A DNA stretch of 64,000 nt from Octopus vulgaris (Eukaryota), in contig OX597824.1 in NCBI GenBank assembly GCA_951406725.2, positions 29,884,001-29,948,000 on the forward strand. Direction: 5' to 3'. A program made the position numbers and the translations under genes. Of the stretch, positions 1 to 14,800 are shown one piece after another. Within the stretch, counting starts at the first letter, position 1, and each line of letters begins with the position of its first letter. The notes below the pieces were generated by a model. The model saw nothing but the letters and a program-made list of their open reading frames with translations, had not been told where the DNA came from and did not search any database.

Positions 1-19
1 AGCATGGAAGGAAAAGAAA

Positions 20-357
20 ATGTACGGTCAGTTTGTAAGAGATATGTACGCCAAGACTGGTACAGAGGAGAATTTGAAGTGGGAAATACGAAGGTTGTGG
101 TCAGTGAGGAGAGTAGACGTGATACCAATAGTAATTGGTGTGCTGGGAGGAATCAGCACTCAACTACCAACATGGCTGAAAAAGCTTGGTGCAAGTATGA
201 AGGTAGAAAACCTACGAAAATCAGCATTGCATGGAACTGCAAGAATACTTCGCAGGGTTCTTGAAGCATGACCAGTAAAATAAGTGTCACTTTAGTCTGC
301 TGGCTGTGGACAGCTGACATTTTCCATCGTAGCCGGCAAAAGAAGCTGTAAGGTTTC

Positions 358-360
<3 letters not shown>
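20..360 (+). mobile_element. 3' end of R4/Dong-type non-LTR retrotransposon (restriction-like endonuclease C-terminus + 3' UTR) ending in (TAA)n
   Basis: ORF 20-271 LKWEIRRLW..VIPIVIGVLG..LRKSALHGTARILRRVL matches the RLE C-terminal motif of R4-clade elements; ~90 nt UTR, then a pure (TAA)n tract from ~358. Confidence 0.8.
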
Positions 361-422
<62 letters not shown>

Positions 423-488
423 GCAACAACAACAATAATAATATAACAATAACAATGATAATAATAATAATAATAATAGTAATAATAA

Positions 489-826
489 GGCGCATGGCTC
501 AGTGGTTAGAGCGTCGAGCTTACGATCGTCGGGTTGTGAGCTCGAATCCCAGACCGGGCTGCGTGTTGTGTTCTTGAGCAAGGCACTTTATTTCACGTTG
601 CTCCAGTTCACTCAACTGTAGAAATGAGTTGCGACATCACTGGTGCCAAGCTGTATCGACCTTTGTCTTTCCCTTGGATAACATCAGTGGTGTGGAGAGG
701 GGAGGCTGGTATGCATGGGCGACTGCTGGTCTTCCATAAACTACCTTGCCCGGACTTGTGCCTGGGAGGGTAACTTTCTAGGTGCAATCCCATGGTCATT
801 CATGACCGAAGGAGGTCTTTACCCTT
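489..826 (+). mobile_element. tRNA-derived SINE family A (CORE-like body), tail type 1
   Basis: A-box TGGCTCAGTGG, B-box-like GCTCGAATCCC, then ttcttgagcaaggcacttta..gttgctccagttcactcaactgtagaaatgag; homologous copies at 28.8 kb and 30.4 kb. Confidence 0.85.
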
Positions 827-1282
827 AGTAATAATAATAATAATAGCAACAACAACAATAATAATAACAATAATAATAATAGTAGTAGTAGTAGGAGGAG
901 GAGGAGGAGGGGGGTAGTGAGAGTGGTGGTGAAGATAGCTGGTGCAAAAAGCTAAAACAATTAATGAAATATCTTTGATATGTAACAGAAAATACAATTG
1001 CAGTTGTTAACAGGTTCATTGGCTTGGCTGTTTTAGAAACCGCCCAAACCACACCATTACCGCCATTTTTTAAGTCTTCTTTTAAGTTGGAGCTAAATGT
1101 ATAATGGAAGCGACAAAAACAAAAAGAAGAAGAAAAAACTATTCCGGGTTCTGGCACCTGCTCAGGTAGCTAAAGAAGAAATATAAAGAAGGCATTAAAA
1201 AAAACACACACACAAATGAAAGAATAGAAAGGGAAAAAAATAATCATGTCAACCTAAACGACATACCTTATACATATTCACA

Positions 1283-1331
<49 letters not shown>

Positions 1332-1439
1332 ATGTATGTCTATATGTATGTGTGTGTGTACACACATATATATCTATATATACATGTGTATATATACATA
1401 TACATATATATATACATATATATATACACACATATACAC

Positions 1440-1512
<73 letters not shown>

Positions 1513-2177
1513 CATAGATATAACGCATATGTATATGCATGTATATATATAGATAGATACATGGGCGCGTACACACACACACGTACGCACACGCACACGC
1601 ACACACACACATACACACACATACATATACATGCAATTTAGTGAAGATCTCATCTGGTATGTTGACCAACAAATGCTGCGAGATACGTTTTCGTCTTTTG
1701 TCTCAGACGTTTCTGTTTTCTTTCACGTCTAATTCACCTCCAATTAGTCTTTCATTCTCTGACACTAACGCGGCTATAAATTGCCGTTTGTCTGCCGTAA
1801 TCTGCTGTAATCTATCGTAATCAATATGCCACCACTTACTGGGCCTGTTTCAGAAGTGACTTATTAACTTACACCACCTATGATCTTCGACACCGTCACC
1901 ACCGTCATCATCATCATCATCATCATTATTATTGCTACAGTTGTTGTCGTCGTCGTCGTTGTTTTTGGTCTTGGTGGTGGTGGTGGTGGTGGTGGTATGG
2001 TGGTGGTAGTGGTGGTGGTGGTGGTGGTGGTGGTGGTGTTGCTGTTGTTGTTATTCGTGGTGTGGGAAGTACACCAAGAGATTTTCCTTCCTCGGAAAAG
2101 CTCACAAAAATGTTCCAAGTTTAAGAGACTATGCGATGATGCCCTAACAACATTTACACTTATTATTACCATTATCT

Positions 2178-2254
<77 letters not shown>

Positions 2255-2283
2255 GGTGGTAGTTGTGGTAGTAGTAGTAGTAA

Positions 2284-2314
<31 letters not shown>

Positions 2315-3014
2315 TGTAGTATTGGTTTCTTGTTTTTGTTTGCATAGTTATTGTTCTTCTTGTTTTCCTTCATCTCTTTCGTTGTAGGTGTTTTTTGTAA
2401 ATCCACCAGAGAGGGAATTATCAGTAATTCCCCTTTGTTAATTTATGTTTAATACAATGCAAAAAACAAAAAAAAAAAGGAAAACGGTAAAAAAGGTTGA
2501 GAGCAGCAATGAAACAAATGTGACTGCAGAATAACGAACGGTGAGTGCAGAATGGTGCAGAAATGCAGAGATGCAGAGACGCAGAGATGCGGAGCACAGG
2601 TGAAGGCGACTGATTAAACTTGTGATTGAAATCTCTTCTGGCAGCTTGACTTGAGAAGCTCACAGATTAATAGAGACTCAGTTAATATAAAGGGCGTCAG
2701 GCGGTGGAGATGCGCAGTATAAAGAGTCGAACCAAGAAGCTAAAGTAATTGATGTGTTCTCTCTCTCCCACAAAGCCATATACACGCACACGCATATACA
2801 CGCACACGCATATACACACACATACATATATACATATGATGAAATTACGAATAAACGTGTGACCAAAACTGGCAAGCTATATATAATAATTAGTTTACTA
2901 GTGCCGCCAATAATGGCGACATGTATTGAAAGCAATAATGAAATAAAGTCGAAAGGTAAAAGAAAAAGTAACTATATCTGTTTCAAATGTATATATATAA
3001 AAAAAACTTGAACT

Positions 3015-3184
3015 CGCAGGAGTGGCTGCGTGGTAAGTAGCTTGCTTACCAACCACATGGTTCCGGGTTCAGTCCCACTGTGTGGCACCTTGGGCAAGTG
3101 TCTTCTACAATAGCCTCGGGCCGACCAAAGCCTTGTGAGTGGATTTGGTAGACGGAAACTGAAAGAAGCCCGTCGTATATATAG

Positions 3185-3227
<43 letters not shown>

Positions 3228-3440
3228 TGTGTAAATGTTTGTGTGCCTGTGTTTGTCCCCGCCAACATCGCTTGACAACCGAAGCTGGTGTGTTTACGTC
3301 CCCGTCACTTAGCGGTTCGGCAAGAGAGACCCATAGAATTAGTACTAGGCTTACAAAGAATAAGTCCTGGGGTCGATTTGCTCGTAAAGGCGGTGCCCCA
3401 GCATGGCCGCAGTCAAATGACTGAAGCAAATAAAAGAAAA
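3015..3440 (+). mobile_element. tRNA-derived SINE family B with internal (TA)/(TG) microsatellite
   Basis: Head gcaggagtggctg..gggttcagtccc, internal (TG)n, tail cagcatggccgcagtcaaatgactgaa; many copies in window. Confidence 0.9.
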
Positions 3441-3838
3441 GCTGGCGTGGCTGTGTGGTTAAGAAGCTCGATTTGCAGCCACGTGACTCCGGGTTCAGTT
3501 CCACTACAAGGCAAACTGGGTGAGTGCCTTTTATACTACAGCCCAGGGCAAACCGATGCCACGTGAGTGAATTCGATACACACACTCACACACATACATA
3601 CATGCAGTTTGTCGCCGGAAAAAGCATGTTTTCATCACTAGCTGGTGATTATCACACGCGGAAGACGGGTCTGTGTGTGTCACGTAAAGCTAGAGATGGG
3701 AGCGATGACCTCCCCTTGCAAATACTAATCGGACACAGTGTGTCGTTAGCTAGTTGGAGGAGATTCTTCCTGGGACTAAAAACAACAGTAACATCGTACT
3801 CTACGGGACCGCCACATTTATTTGGCAAATATTTTACG

Positions 3839-4306
<468 letters not shown>

Positions 4307-4504
4307 ATATACATGTATGTATATATACCGGTGTAAACCCCTTAAATATACTTAATCCATTATATATATATATATATGTATAAATATAGTTAATATATAA
4401 ATAGTTAATCCAAACATGAAAACACAAAGAGAAAACACAACAACGTGAGGACGTGGAACAAATATAGTATTATTGGACGCTCAGGAAGGAAGGAAAGAAG
4501 GAGG

Positions 4505-4539
4505 GTTTAACGTTTCGAGCGGAGCTCTTCGTCAGAAAC
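4505..4539 (-). ncRNA. Minimal type-I hammerhead ribozyme motif in a Penelope-like pLTR fragment (~4410-4610)
   Basis: Minus strand gttt-CTGACGA-a-gagc(tcc)gctc-GAAA-cg-T-T-aaac: intact core, stems I and II pair, palindromic ACGT stem III. Confidence 0.7.
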
Positions 4540-4968
4540 AGGAAAAGGAAAGATCCAAAGAAGGGAAGACAGAGGAAAAAAATCGCCAAAGGTACACACA
4601 CGGTCACATTTTAATGTATCTATGTGTATCCGCGTGGTGTGTGTGTGTGTGTGTGAGTGTGTGTGTGTGTGTGTGTGCTTGTGTTGTGTATGTGTTCGGT
4701 GTGTTAAAGAATGAGATTGAAATTTAACTTTTAATAACTGAATCATACGCTTCGCTTCCTTCGTTTCTTTCGTCGGAGAGTGTGCATGTCTGCTTATGTG
4801 TGTGTACATATGTATGAATGCTTGCGTGTTAGTAAGCATGATGTACGACGTGTGTGTATTTGTGTGTGTTGATATGGATTTCTGCATGTATATGTGTGTG
4901 TATATATGAGATTTTTTTTTTATTTATACGTGATGTATTTGGAGCACCTGCACATGTCTGGTGGTTTG

Positions 4969-5006
<38 letters not shown>

Positions 5007-5142
5007 AGTAAGTGTGTGTGTGTGTGTGTGCGTGTATTTGTGTACGTATACAAACATATTTAGATACAGAAAAATATGTATATATATGTGTGAGCGCGTG
5101 CCTGTTTAAGCATGTGTGTAAGAGTGTGTGTGTGTGTGTATG

Positions 5143-5188
<46 letters not shown>

Positions 5189-5819
5189 TGTTTATGTCTG
5201 CATATGTACATGCGTGTGTGTTCGCGCGTGTATGTGTGTGTCTGCTTTTGTTTTTTGTTTTTTGGGGTTTTTTTTTTTGCTTGTGTGCGTGTGTGTGTGT
5301 GTGTGTGTGTTTATGTCGTGTAATGTCCCAAGATCTACCATTATATCGGATGTGATCTTTCGACGGTCTTTGTTCCTGGTGTTTTGTTTTGTCTTTCTTC
5401 TCCTCGTATTCCTCCTCCTCTCTTCCTCCTCCTCTTCCTCCCCCTCCTCTTCCCCTTCCTCGTCTCTTCCCTCTTCGTCTTTCTTCGTCTTCCTGCCAGT
5501 CTCTGTCGATCAGATTAAAATCATTGCAGATACATTAAAATTCATGATCTCTTCTGTTGCTCGTCCAACAACAACGACAACACCAGCGACAATCAGAACA
5601 GCAACATCAATAACAACAACAATAGTAACGTCAACAACGAGTCTAGTGAGAAAGGTACGCTGGGAAATCTTATGCAAATTGCCGCTCCACTTTGCGAAAG
5701 ACAAAGAATGGTGGGAAGATCTGGAGAAATCTCAATATTGTTGGGAATATCTGCTATTTCAAAGAGACAGTGCCAAACCGTAGAGGAGGGACTGACATGT
5801 ATGCGTAGTAGTGATGACG

Positions 5820-5977
5820 AATGGGTGATGGTGGCGGCGACGACGGTGAGTGGTGTTGGTGGTGGTGGCGGCGGCGGCTGCGGTGGTGGTGGTCGTGGTG
5901 GTGGTGGTCGTGGTGGTGGTCGTGGTGGTGGTGGTGGTCGTGGTGGTGGTGGTGGTGGTCATGATGACGACGACGAA

Positions 5978-6011
<34 letters not shown>

Positions 6012-6185
6012 CCAATGACGATGATGTTGAAGATGATGACGATGATGATGATGATGACGATGACGATGACGACGATGACGATGATCATGATGATCACAAC
6101 GAGAAAGGTAATGATGATGACGGCGATGATGACGACGACGACGACTATGATGATGATGATGATGATGACGATGATGATGATGATT
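5820..6185. repeat. Compound (GGT/GGC)n-(GAT/GAC)n trinucleotide repeat
   Basis: Direct reading; similar architecture at 10305-10710. Confidence 0.9.
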
Positions 6186-6382
6186 TTTATAGTGGTTATG
6201 GTTGTGATGGTAATACTACTAGAAAATTCTGAAGACAAATATAAATGTTAAGCAGCCGGCATTATTGAGCGTGTGACTCAAAGTGGGAATTATGCATATT
6301 GCATATAAAACTTGACAGGAATGATGAATATGTATGTTTATTTGTGTATACACGCGGGCGTATGTGCATACATACATACATA

Positions 6383-6474
<92 letters not shown>

Positions 6475-6655
6475 CATATATATGTGTGTGTGTGTGTATC
6501 TATATATGTATATATATATGCATGCGTGTGTGTATCTGTGAGTATGTGTATATATGAATATACAGTGAGACGTTTGTAACAACAGGTGTTTATTTTAACA
6601 ACGACGTATAAAACAAATTACAGGTGTACATTGTTCATTTGTCTTTTTCTTTTTC

Positions 6656-6720
<65 letters not shown>

Positions 6721-7215
6721 CAACAACAACAACAATAATAATAATGATAATAATAATAATAATAACAATAATGATAATAATAAACAATGACATCAACCAA
6801 AAAACCGCAATTAGCACCTGTGAAGAATTAATGCTTATTTTGTGAGAAGGGAAGTGTGATTGTGTACTTAGAAATGGACAGAGGTTAAAAGCAGACAAGG
6901 ACCTCTGATCTTGTTTGTCCACGGTTATGTATCAAAGGTTGACGATAGACAAATAAACAACAGCTTACACACACACATACATACACACACACGCACATTT
7001 GTTTATGTGTCGAGTTAGAATAGAAACAGTTTAACATTAAACCAAAGAGTTACTTCAATACTTTCTGTAGAGCACATTTTTATTATACTTTTAGAAGAGA
7101 AGGTGAGTGACAGGGACTTCGCAGTTTCTGCCCTGTACTCTTCGTCGGACTGTTCGAAGCCGTTCTCACCTGTCTAATTGTAAAAGTATATTATACATAC
7201 ATATATGTTTCTATA

Positions 7216-7281
<66 letters not shown>

Positions 7282-7313
7282 CACACACGTATCGGTGTTT
7301 TATATATGGGTGG

Positions 7314-7378
<65 letters not shown>

Positions 7379-7508
7379 GCAAATAACCCCCCCCCCCCAA
7401 AAAAAAAAAAAAAAACAAAAAACAAAGAACAAATACAAATAAAACTACAACGCGAGAACGTGGTACATGTAAAGTATTAGCAGGCGCTCAGGGAAGGAAA
7501 AAAAGATG

Positions 7509-7543
7509 GTTTAACGTTTCGAGCAGAGCTCTTCTTCAGAAAC
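7509..7543 (-). ncRNA. Minimal hammerhead ribozyme motif, second copy of the 4.5-kb family (~7425-7605)
   Basis: Minus strand gttt-CTGAAGA-a-gagc(tct)gctc-GAAA-cg-T-T-aaac; flanks align with 4430-4600. Confidence 0.7.
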
Positions 7544-8204
7544 AGGAAAGTCCAATAGAAAATGAAGACAGAGGAAGAAAATCGCCAACGATTCACATGT
7601 GGCCAAAACTGGAGCACTACCATATATATATATATATATATGGTAGTATCCCAGTATGGCCACAGCATTTGAAGCGCATAAAAATATACAACAGTCATTT
7701 CTCTTGTTAGACTTTTGGTCTTGGTTGAAGTGTTTTTCATCAGAGAAGAATTAAGGTATGCCATGTTCACGAGGGTTTTTAATCTTGTTAAGTACCTCCT
7801 TGGGACGGATCTAACGGTTTTCCTGCATATTTACAGATATGAATCGGCCTCATCTCACTACATACTACTCATATCAATTGTTCACGCATGCGTGTATGTT
7901 TGAATATATGTATGTGTATGCGTGTGTGTGTATGTTTGTGTGTGTGTGTGTGTGCGAGCGGGCGCGAGCGTGTGTGTGTATGTCAAATATTTATAACAAA
8001 TTGCAGTGACTTCATGGAATGTATAGCAATGATATTTCGACAGAAAATCATTACGGAACCAAAATATCAACATTAAAACTTATACCAAACGTTTTCATAT
8101 TTACTATAACCCACACCGACAATATTTCAATCGTAATATTTATATTTATTCTCTTCAATACATTTGATATTAATGGGCGTGAAAGACACACACTTTCACT
8201 ACTG

Positions 8205-8244
<40 letters not shown>

Positions 8245-8454
8245 TAAATATGTATACACACACGTAAATGTCGAACGATGATAGTGGTTGTTCAACACCG
8301 CATTAGTGAATATAATTTCTTTATTTGCGAATTAAGGCTAGCATTGGTTTCATGTTAAGAAAAGTAGGGAAATATCCTAGTGTCTTAACAATTTTTCAAG
8401 CCGATCAAGTGAAGAAAGGTGTTTGTACATATACGTATATACGTATGTATATTA

Positions 8455-8672
8455 TTTTAAAACAAGTATATTATTGACAGTGACTTCGAAGTTATACTCG
8501 AGACTGCTCCTCCGAGATTGGAGCAGTCTCGAGTATAACCAGCCGAAACTGCAAAGATAATCTGGAATTCGACTGACGAAAGAAAACCTGGGATGACCCG
8601 TCCCTGTTTTATCTTGTCCCTTTTTGTATTCTTTTTTATATACATATAGCGGCGTATGTACACTTTGGTCTC
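8455..8672. mobile_element. Hairpin-containing insertion adjacent to (TA)n
   Basis: 20-bp perfect arms 8491-8510/8520-8539; reverse complement shares aaaaagggaca..aaaacagg with 4072-4093; left part similar to 12550-12580 and 42286-42314. Confidence 0.55.
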
Positions 8673-8728
<56 letters not shown>

Positions 8729-9531
8729 ATACGTATATGAAAATCTGTATATGCATATATATGTATGTATGCATGCATGCATGCATGTATATGAAAGTCT
8801 GTATATGCATATATATGTATGTATGCATGTATAGATACGCTTACATACAACACATACATTTATACATAAGTGTGTATTTTATATATGTGTATATACATGC
8901 ATGTATGAATGTACGTCTAGTTTTGGTTTAGTCTCTATGTGAGAAATCAATATCGTGGTAAATATACCGAGAGAGAAAAGCTATGACCTAAAGTTTGCTC
9001 TCCTCATCATATGAACATAGATATCCTTTCAGACTTGACAAGAGCGAGTAGAATATTAGCAATGAGACAGCTGATACAATTATTTTCGCTGTTTTTACGA
9101 ATTAATATTATAAATATCTTGATAATGGGATAGCGAATCATATAAACATGGTTGTGTCAAATGTAAAACAGCAATTGAAATTTGCTCGTTTGTATTTTCG
9201 TTTATGTTTTTTTGAAGGAGGTTTTTGTCGTTTGTTTATAGTTTGGCTGTTGTATTTTGCTTTATTTTCGTTTTTTTTTTTGTTTGTTTGTTTGTTTTTG
9301 TTTTTGTTTATTTTTACAAGATGTTGTCTGATAATGCATCATTCGCAATAATCGTATCATTTGACTGGACATCTGCGTTAATATGAAGTATTGACGTAAC
9401 CAGCTAGAAAATTACAGTTAGTACGGCTGTAAATTCCAAAACTAACATTACTGTTCTATTGATTCCACCTTCAACGAAAAATCATGTAAAATTAACATAT
9501 ATTTCGTATGATATAAGCGACAAGCACATTA

Positions 9532-9574
<43 letters not shown>

Positions 9575-10059
9575 CAAATGAAAGAGTTTTTTTTTTAACA
9601 ACCTATTAATATACTAATAGAATGTATATATGAAACATCAGAACAACATGAAAAATTTTGTATAAAAAATGATGTTATCTGTCATAAGCGCAGGCGTAGA
9701 AGTGCGATAAAAAGTTTGCTCCTCCAACCTCCTGGTTCCGGTTTCAGTCCCACTGCATGAAATTTTGGGCAATCTCTTCTTTTATAACCTCGGGTCGACC
9801 AGATGTTATGAAAATTTTCAATAAATTTCTTTAGAAATACGTGATTTTTTTTTCATAACATTTCTGGAGATCGGGAATTTATATATGTAGTGTACCTTTG
9901 GGTTTCAGCTATCCTAAGGGAAACAATCCCTTCCAGATTAAGCTAAGTTGCGGCGGTCTTCGACGCTTGAATTTTAAATTAGAGAATGAAGAAAATGGTG
10001 CTCAGAATAAACACATTTAATATTTCGTTTTCATATTCCTAAACTTCTTTCTGTTGAGG

Positions 10060-10298
10060 CTTAGATAAAGGAAGTTCAAATGGCTTGGTCGCATAGTCAG
10101 AGCACAATGTAAGAAAATACTGTTACTAAAAGGAAAGATAAACCGGTAAGCACTCGAGAGAAAGACTAAGAACAAACTGGTTTGAGAACATCAAGGACTG
10201 GGTCGAACCATCATAAGGTGTATGTGTAAGAATGGCAGAGAGAAGATCCGAACGGAGATCTTTGGTATTCAACCTACTCTGAGCAAATGGCACTTAAT
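10060..10298 (+). mobile_element. Decayed RTE-clade LINE 3' end
   Basis: Manual translation across a frameshift gives RKFKWLGRIVR..RLRTNWFENIKDW..RMAERRSERRSLVFNL, the typical RTE ORF C-terminus, with stops. Confidence 0.65.
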
Positions 10299-10436
10299 TA
10301 TGATGTGGTGATTGTGGTTGTGGTGGCGGCGGCGGCGGATGTGGCGGTGGCGGCGGATGTGGCGGTGGCGGCGGATGTGGCGGTGGCGGCGGATGTGGCG
10401 GTGGCGGCAGTGGCGGCGGCGGTGGTGGTGGTGGTG

Positions 10437-10468
<32 letters not shown>

Positions 10469-10489
10469 GGTGATGGTTGTTGGTTGTTG

Positions 10490-10521
<32 letters not shown>

Positions 10522-10614
10522 GGTGGTGGTGGTGGTGGTGGTGGTGGTGGTGGTGGTGGTGGTGGTGGTGGTGACGATGATGTAGATGAAGAAGATGATG
10601 AAGATGATGAAGAC

Positions 10615-10659
<45 letters not shown>

Positions 10660-11401
10660 GATGATGACGATGTTGTTGATGATGATGCTGAAGACGATGA
10701 TGATGATCATCATATGCCTATTATATATTTTTCCTGATCATCTCCAATAGCATTCGCATGCAGCGTTTTCCCCTGTCTACTCTTTCCCATAATCAATAAT
10801 CTGAACGGACCAAACATTAACGCATTAATACCACTGAGATATCATTGCATCCCAGCCTAAAAAGACCGAAAACAAAATTCAATGGAACTACTACCACTTG
10901 TTTGGAAACAAGAGACATGGCTGGGTGATTAGGAAGCTGACTTTGGAACCAAGCGGTTATGGGTTCAGTCTTACCTCGCAGTGCCTTGGGTAAGTTGTCT
11001 TCTACCATAGCACAGGGCTTACCAATATCTTTTGGGCAAATATGGTAGACAGAAACTGTGCGCAAGCCTGTCGTATACATACATATGTATACATATACAT
11101 GTATGTATGTGTATATGTATGTATGTATGTATGTATGTGTATATATCTATATATATCAATATATATATATATATATATATATATACGGCAAAAATGACAT
11201 GCATCAGCCGGTAGACATTCTGTTATGTCTATTTATTCCAAAACAAAAGGGACTATTATAAGAATACATATGCAGATACTGTGTGCCACACAAATATATA
11301 CTAGTAATACATTAAAGAGCAAAAGATTAAAAGATCAGTTTCTTACGGCCGTTTCTGCCAAGAGGCCACGATATCCTCCATGCTAGCTCTAACTCTCACA
11401 G

Positions 11402-11468
<67 letters not shown>

Positions 11469-12660
11469 CATACATATACTTATATACATACATAGATACA
11501 TATGTATGCATCTATATGCATACAGAGATATGATTTTTTTTTTTGTCTGTAACTGTGTCCCCTACTATCTCTTGACACCTGACGTTGGTGTGTTTACGTC
11601 TCCCTAACTAGCGGATCGGCAAAAGGTAAGTACGATAGAGTAAGTACTAGGTTTACAAAGAATATGTCTGGGATGTCGATCTTTTTTTTTTTTTTTCACC
11701 TAAAGTGCTTGAAGCAGGTTCCCCAGCCTGGCTGCAGTCCAATGATTGAAAGAAGTAAAAGATAAAAAAATACAAAGTACAAACCGTATGACGTGGAACT
11801 AAGTTGACTCACATGAATAATATATCATATCGTTTGCTAATGAGAAAAATAAATTATGTGGAAATTTGCTACAAAAGTTTCTTTTTTTAACTCATTTATC
11901 TGTGAATGTTTCATCTAACACAATGACAACTCGATGATTGAACAACGAGAAAGTTTAAAGCACTTTTTTGAAACGTCTATTTCTATGCTGGTGGGTTTGT
12001 GTGAGATTTTTCAAAACTTTAACATCTAGTTGAACCGGTTTGTGTTTCAAAATAGAAAATGCTACTTAAGTAATAATAACTGGTTCTTGTATTCAATTAT
12101 AATTGAATCTTAATGATTCTTTGTTAATATGCTGCATAAATTTATCGAAACACTGATAGAAGAGATGGAAGTTCGAACGTTGACACTAGCTGTGCACTAT
12201 ACCCTATTCTCAACACAACACTCGCGCTGGTTAACCCTTACGATTGCTATAAATATATTCGGCTTGTAGTTACGAGGAGGATGAGGTGTAATTGAGATCT
12301 ATCTCACCATGATCATCATCATCACCATCGTGGCTCTGTGGATAGAAAGTTTTATGAGTGTGTATTTGTTAAGTCTAGTTATAATTAAAACAATTTTACA
12401 TCAATCTGACGGGTTACTCTATACTTTCGTAAGGTACAAATTTATTATTAAACAATTGCAGCGTGGAAGGCGTTTATAAGCCATTTAAGAAACACACAAA
12501 AACCGTTAGATTCACTTCAACATTTAAATTCTAATTAAATTTATTATTCTTAAACAAGAATATCATTGTCAGTGACTTCAAAATAAACCATCGTCGGACG
12601 ATGACTTAACTGGCCGAAATAGGATAATATTCTTGTTTAAGAATTATGTATATATATTTA

Positions 12661-12785
12661 CAGTAATACCTCACTTTACGAGGACCCGCTATACGAGATA
12701 GTCGGTTTACAAGCTTTTACGAGTTTTATTTTCTGTTTACGAGCATTCTCCGGAACGAATTAACTCGTATATCGAGACTGTACTG
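12661..12785. mobile_element. pogo/Tigger-type MITE
   Basis: ta|CAGTAATACCTC..TTTACG at left, CGAGACTGTACTG at right; internal TACGAG repeats. Confidence 0.55.
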
Positions 12786-12817
12786 TGCGTGTGTGTATAT
12801 GTGTGTGTGTGTATATA

Positions 12818-12966
<149 letters not shown>

Positions 12967-12967
12967 A

Positions 12968-13790
12968 GGTGATCTGATCAATAAGTATCCGGACTGTTGT
13001 CATAGTAACGAAGCAAAAGCACGAAGAGTGAAACTGCTTGGCACATATTGTCCTTGACCTCTGCTATGCATGAGCACTAAGTTTTAACGTTCTAACTCAC
13101 TTCCGCTATTTACAGCAGTGCTTCAAAGGAAGGTGTGTCGTGCGTGATCATCACATTAACCATGACAGAGAAAGTTGAGCAGAGAATCTGCAACAAATTT
13201 TGCTAAAAGCTTGGTGATACCTACTCAGAGGCCTACGCAAAGTTTCAAAAAGTTTTCATCGTTCTCGACACAATTAAGGAGAGTTTGTGCAACTGAAACC
13301 CGAATGTCTTTTTGGTCAGCTGAAAGCAGTTTTGGCACGAACTTGGCAGACAACTGTCTCATACACAAATCTTCAGTGATATTGGACTGAACTGAACCGT
13401 AACTAATCTTCACATCCTCTGATAACTCACGGATGTGGATTCGACGATTTCGCCTCACAGCTGCACGTACGTCTGCGATGTTTTTCTCAGTTCTGCTGGT
13501 TGAGGGTCTCCCAGACAGTTCGTTAATATCGAGATTTTTTCTGTCATTTTGGAAACGTCTGAAGCACTCGTACACTTGTATGCGGCTCATCCACTCTTCT
13601 CCATTCACTTTCCGTAACTTTGCGTAGATCTCTGAGCAGGTATCACCATGACAAGTTTCTCTGTCGTGGTCAATACGACGATCACACGCCACAAACGTTC
13701 TTTCCAAGCACTGCAGTAAACAGCGGAAGTGAGCTAGAACGTTACAATTTAATGCACTACTCTGCGTGTTCTAGTTTTTTTTACTATAGT
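12968..13790 (-). mobile_element. mariner relic with two inverted 5' ends; transposase N-terminal pseudogene 13225-13707
   Basis: ORF with HTH motifs MSRIQVYECFRRF..SGRPSTS..IRELSEDVKISYGSV..SAKFVPKLL; 13065-13245 is an inverted copy of 13615-13760; TIR-like ctgatcaataagtatccggact. Confidence 0.85.
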
Positions 13791-13800
13791 AACAGACCTC

Positions 13801-13843
<43 letters not shown>

Positions 13844-13964
13844 AACATACAAACATACATACATATATACATACATACATACATACATACGTATATACAT
13901 GCGCGCGCACACACACTCACACACGCACATACACACACATACACACACACACACACATACATAT

Positions 13965-14712
13965 ATACATTCCTCTCGTACTGTTCTGACCTCGTCTACA
14001 GAATTCATATTTTTCCGTCCAAATGATTTTGAAGACTGCCGAATAAATATTTCTCCTTTCCCTACCCACTGTCTTCGGCGCTTGACATTTTTATAGAAAG
14101 CCCATTTCTCGTCACCAGTCACTATTCGGTCAAAAAAAGGTTCATTCGTGAGACGTGGCAACAAAGAAGAGCTTACATTCACTGTCTGCGCGCGATTGGA
14201 CTCAGAACGTTTGTGAGGAACCCATTTACCCAGTTTGCTGACTTTTCCGATGGCATGAAGGTGTCGACGAATGGCTGAATGACCAAATCCAAGTTTCTCT
14301 GCTAGTTCCTCGACAGTTACGATTGGATTTTGTTCCACCAGATTTTGCAGGACGTCCTCGTCGAGCACTACAGATCTTCCAAGACGAGGGTCGTCCTCTA
14401 GGCTGTAGTTTCCGGTTCGGAATTTCTGGAACCACCGTTGATACTGGCCCCAAATACTGCATTATTATTCCTCGCACTTTGCATTACGTTGTTACCCTTA
14501 TTGAACGCATAAAGCAAAATATGCTGAATATGCTCCTTTGTCACTTCCATTATAGCATTGAAAAAATAATTGTTAAACTCGAACTGCACTCTTCAAAACT
14601 TGCACTAAGAATAAGTACAAGGTGAAATTACTACCTGCTTTTATAGCAAGTTGATACAGGTACTTTATCCCGCCCCACTAATACTTTTAGCTCATGCAAT
14701 TGAAAAAAACCG
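13965..14712 (-). mobile_element. mariner transposase pseudogene, internally deleted
   Basis: MEVTKEHIQHILLYAFNKG..GKWVPHK..DRIVTGDEKW joined directly to C-terminal GRKNMNSVDEVRTV; frameshifted. Confidence 0.9.
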
Positions 14713-14713
14713 C

Positions 14714-14800
<87 letters not shown>

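Noticed and set aside
489-560. tRNA genes at SINE heads
   Set aside because: No complete cloverleaf or acceptor stem; they continue into SINE bodies
1249-1672. [12 protein letters not shown] ORFs here and throughout
   Set aside because: Translations of dinucleotide microsatellites that lack stop codons
5672-6232. 186-aa Gly/Asp-rich ORF resembling acidic biomineral proteins (similar at 10477-10737)
   Set aside because: Entirely trinucleotide repeat, open in several frames, no signal peptide or splice evidence
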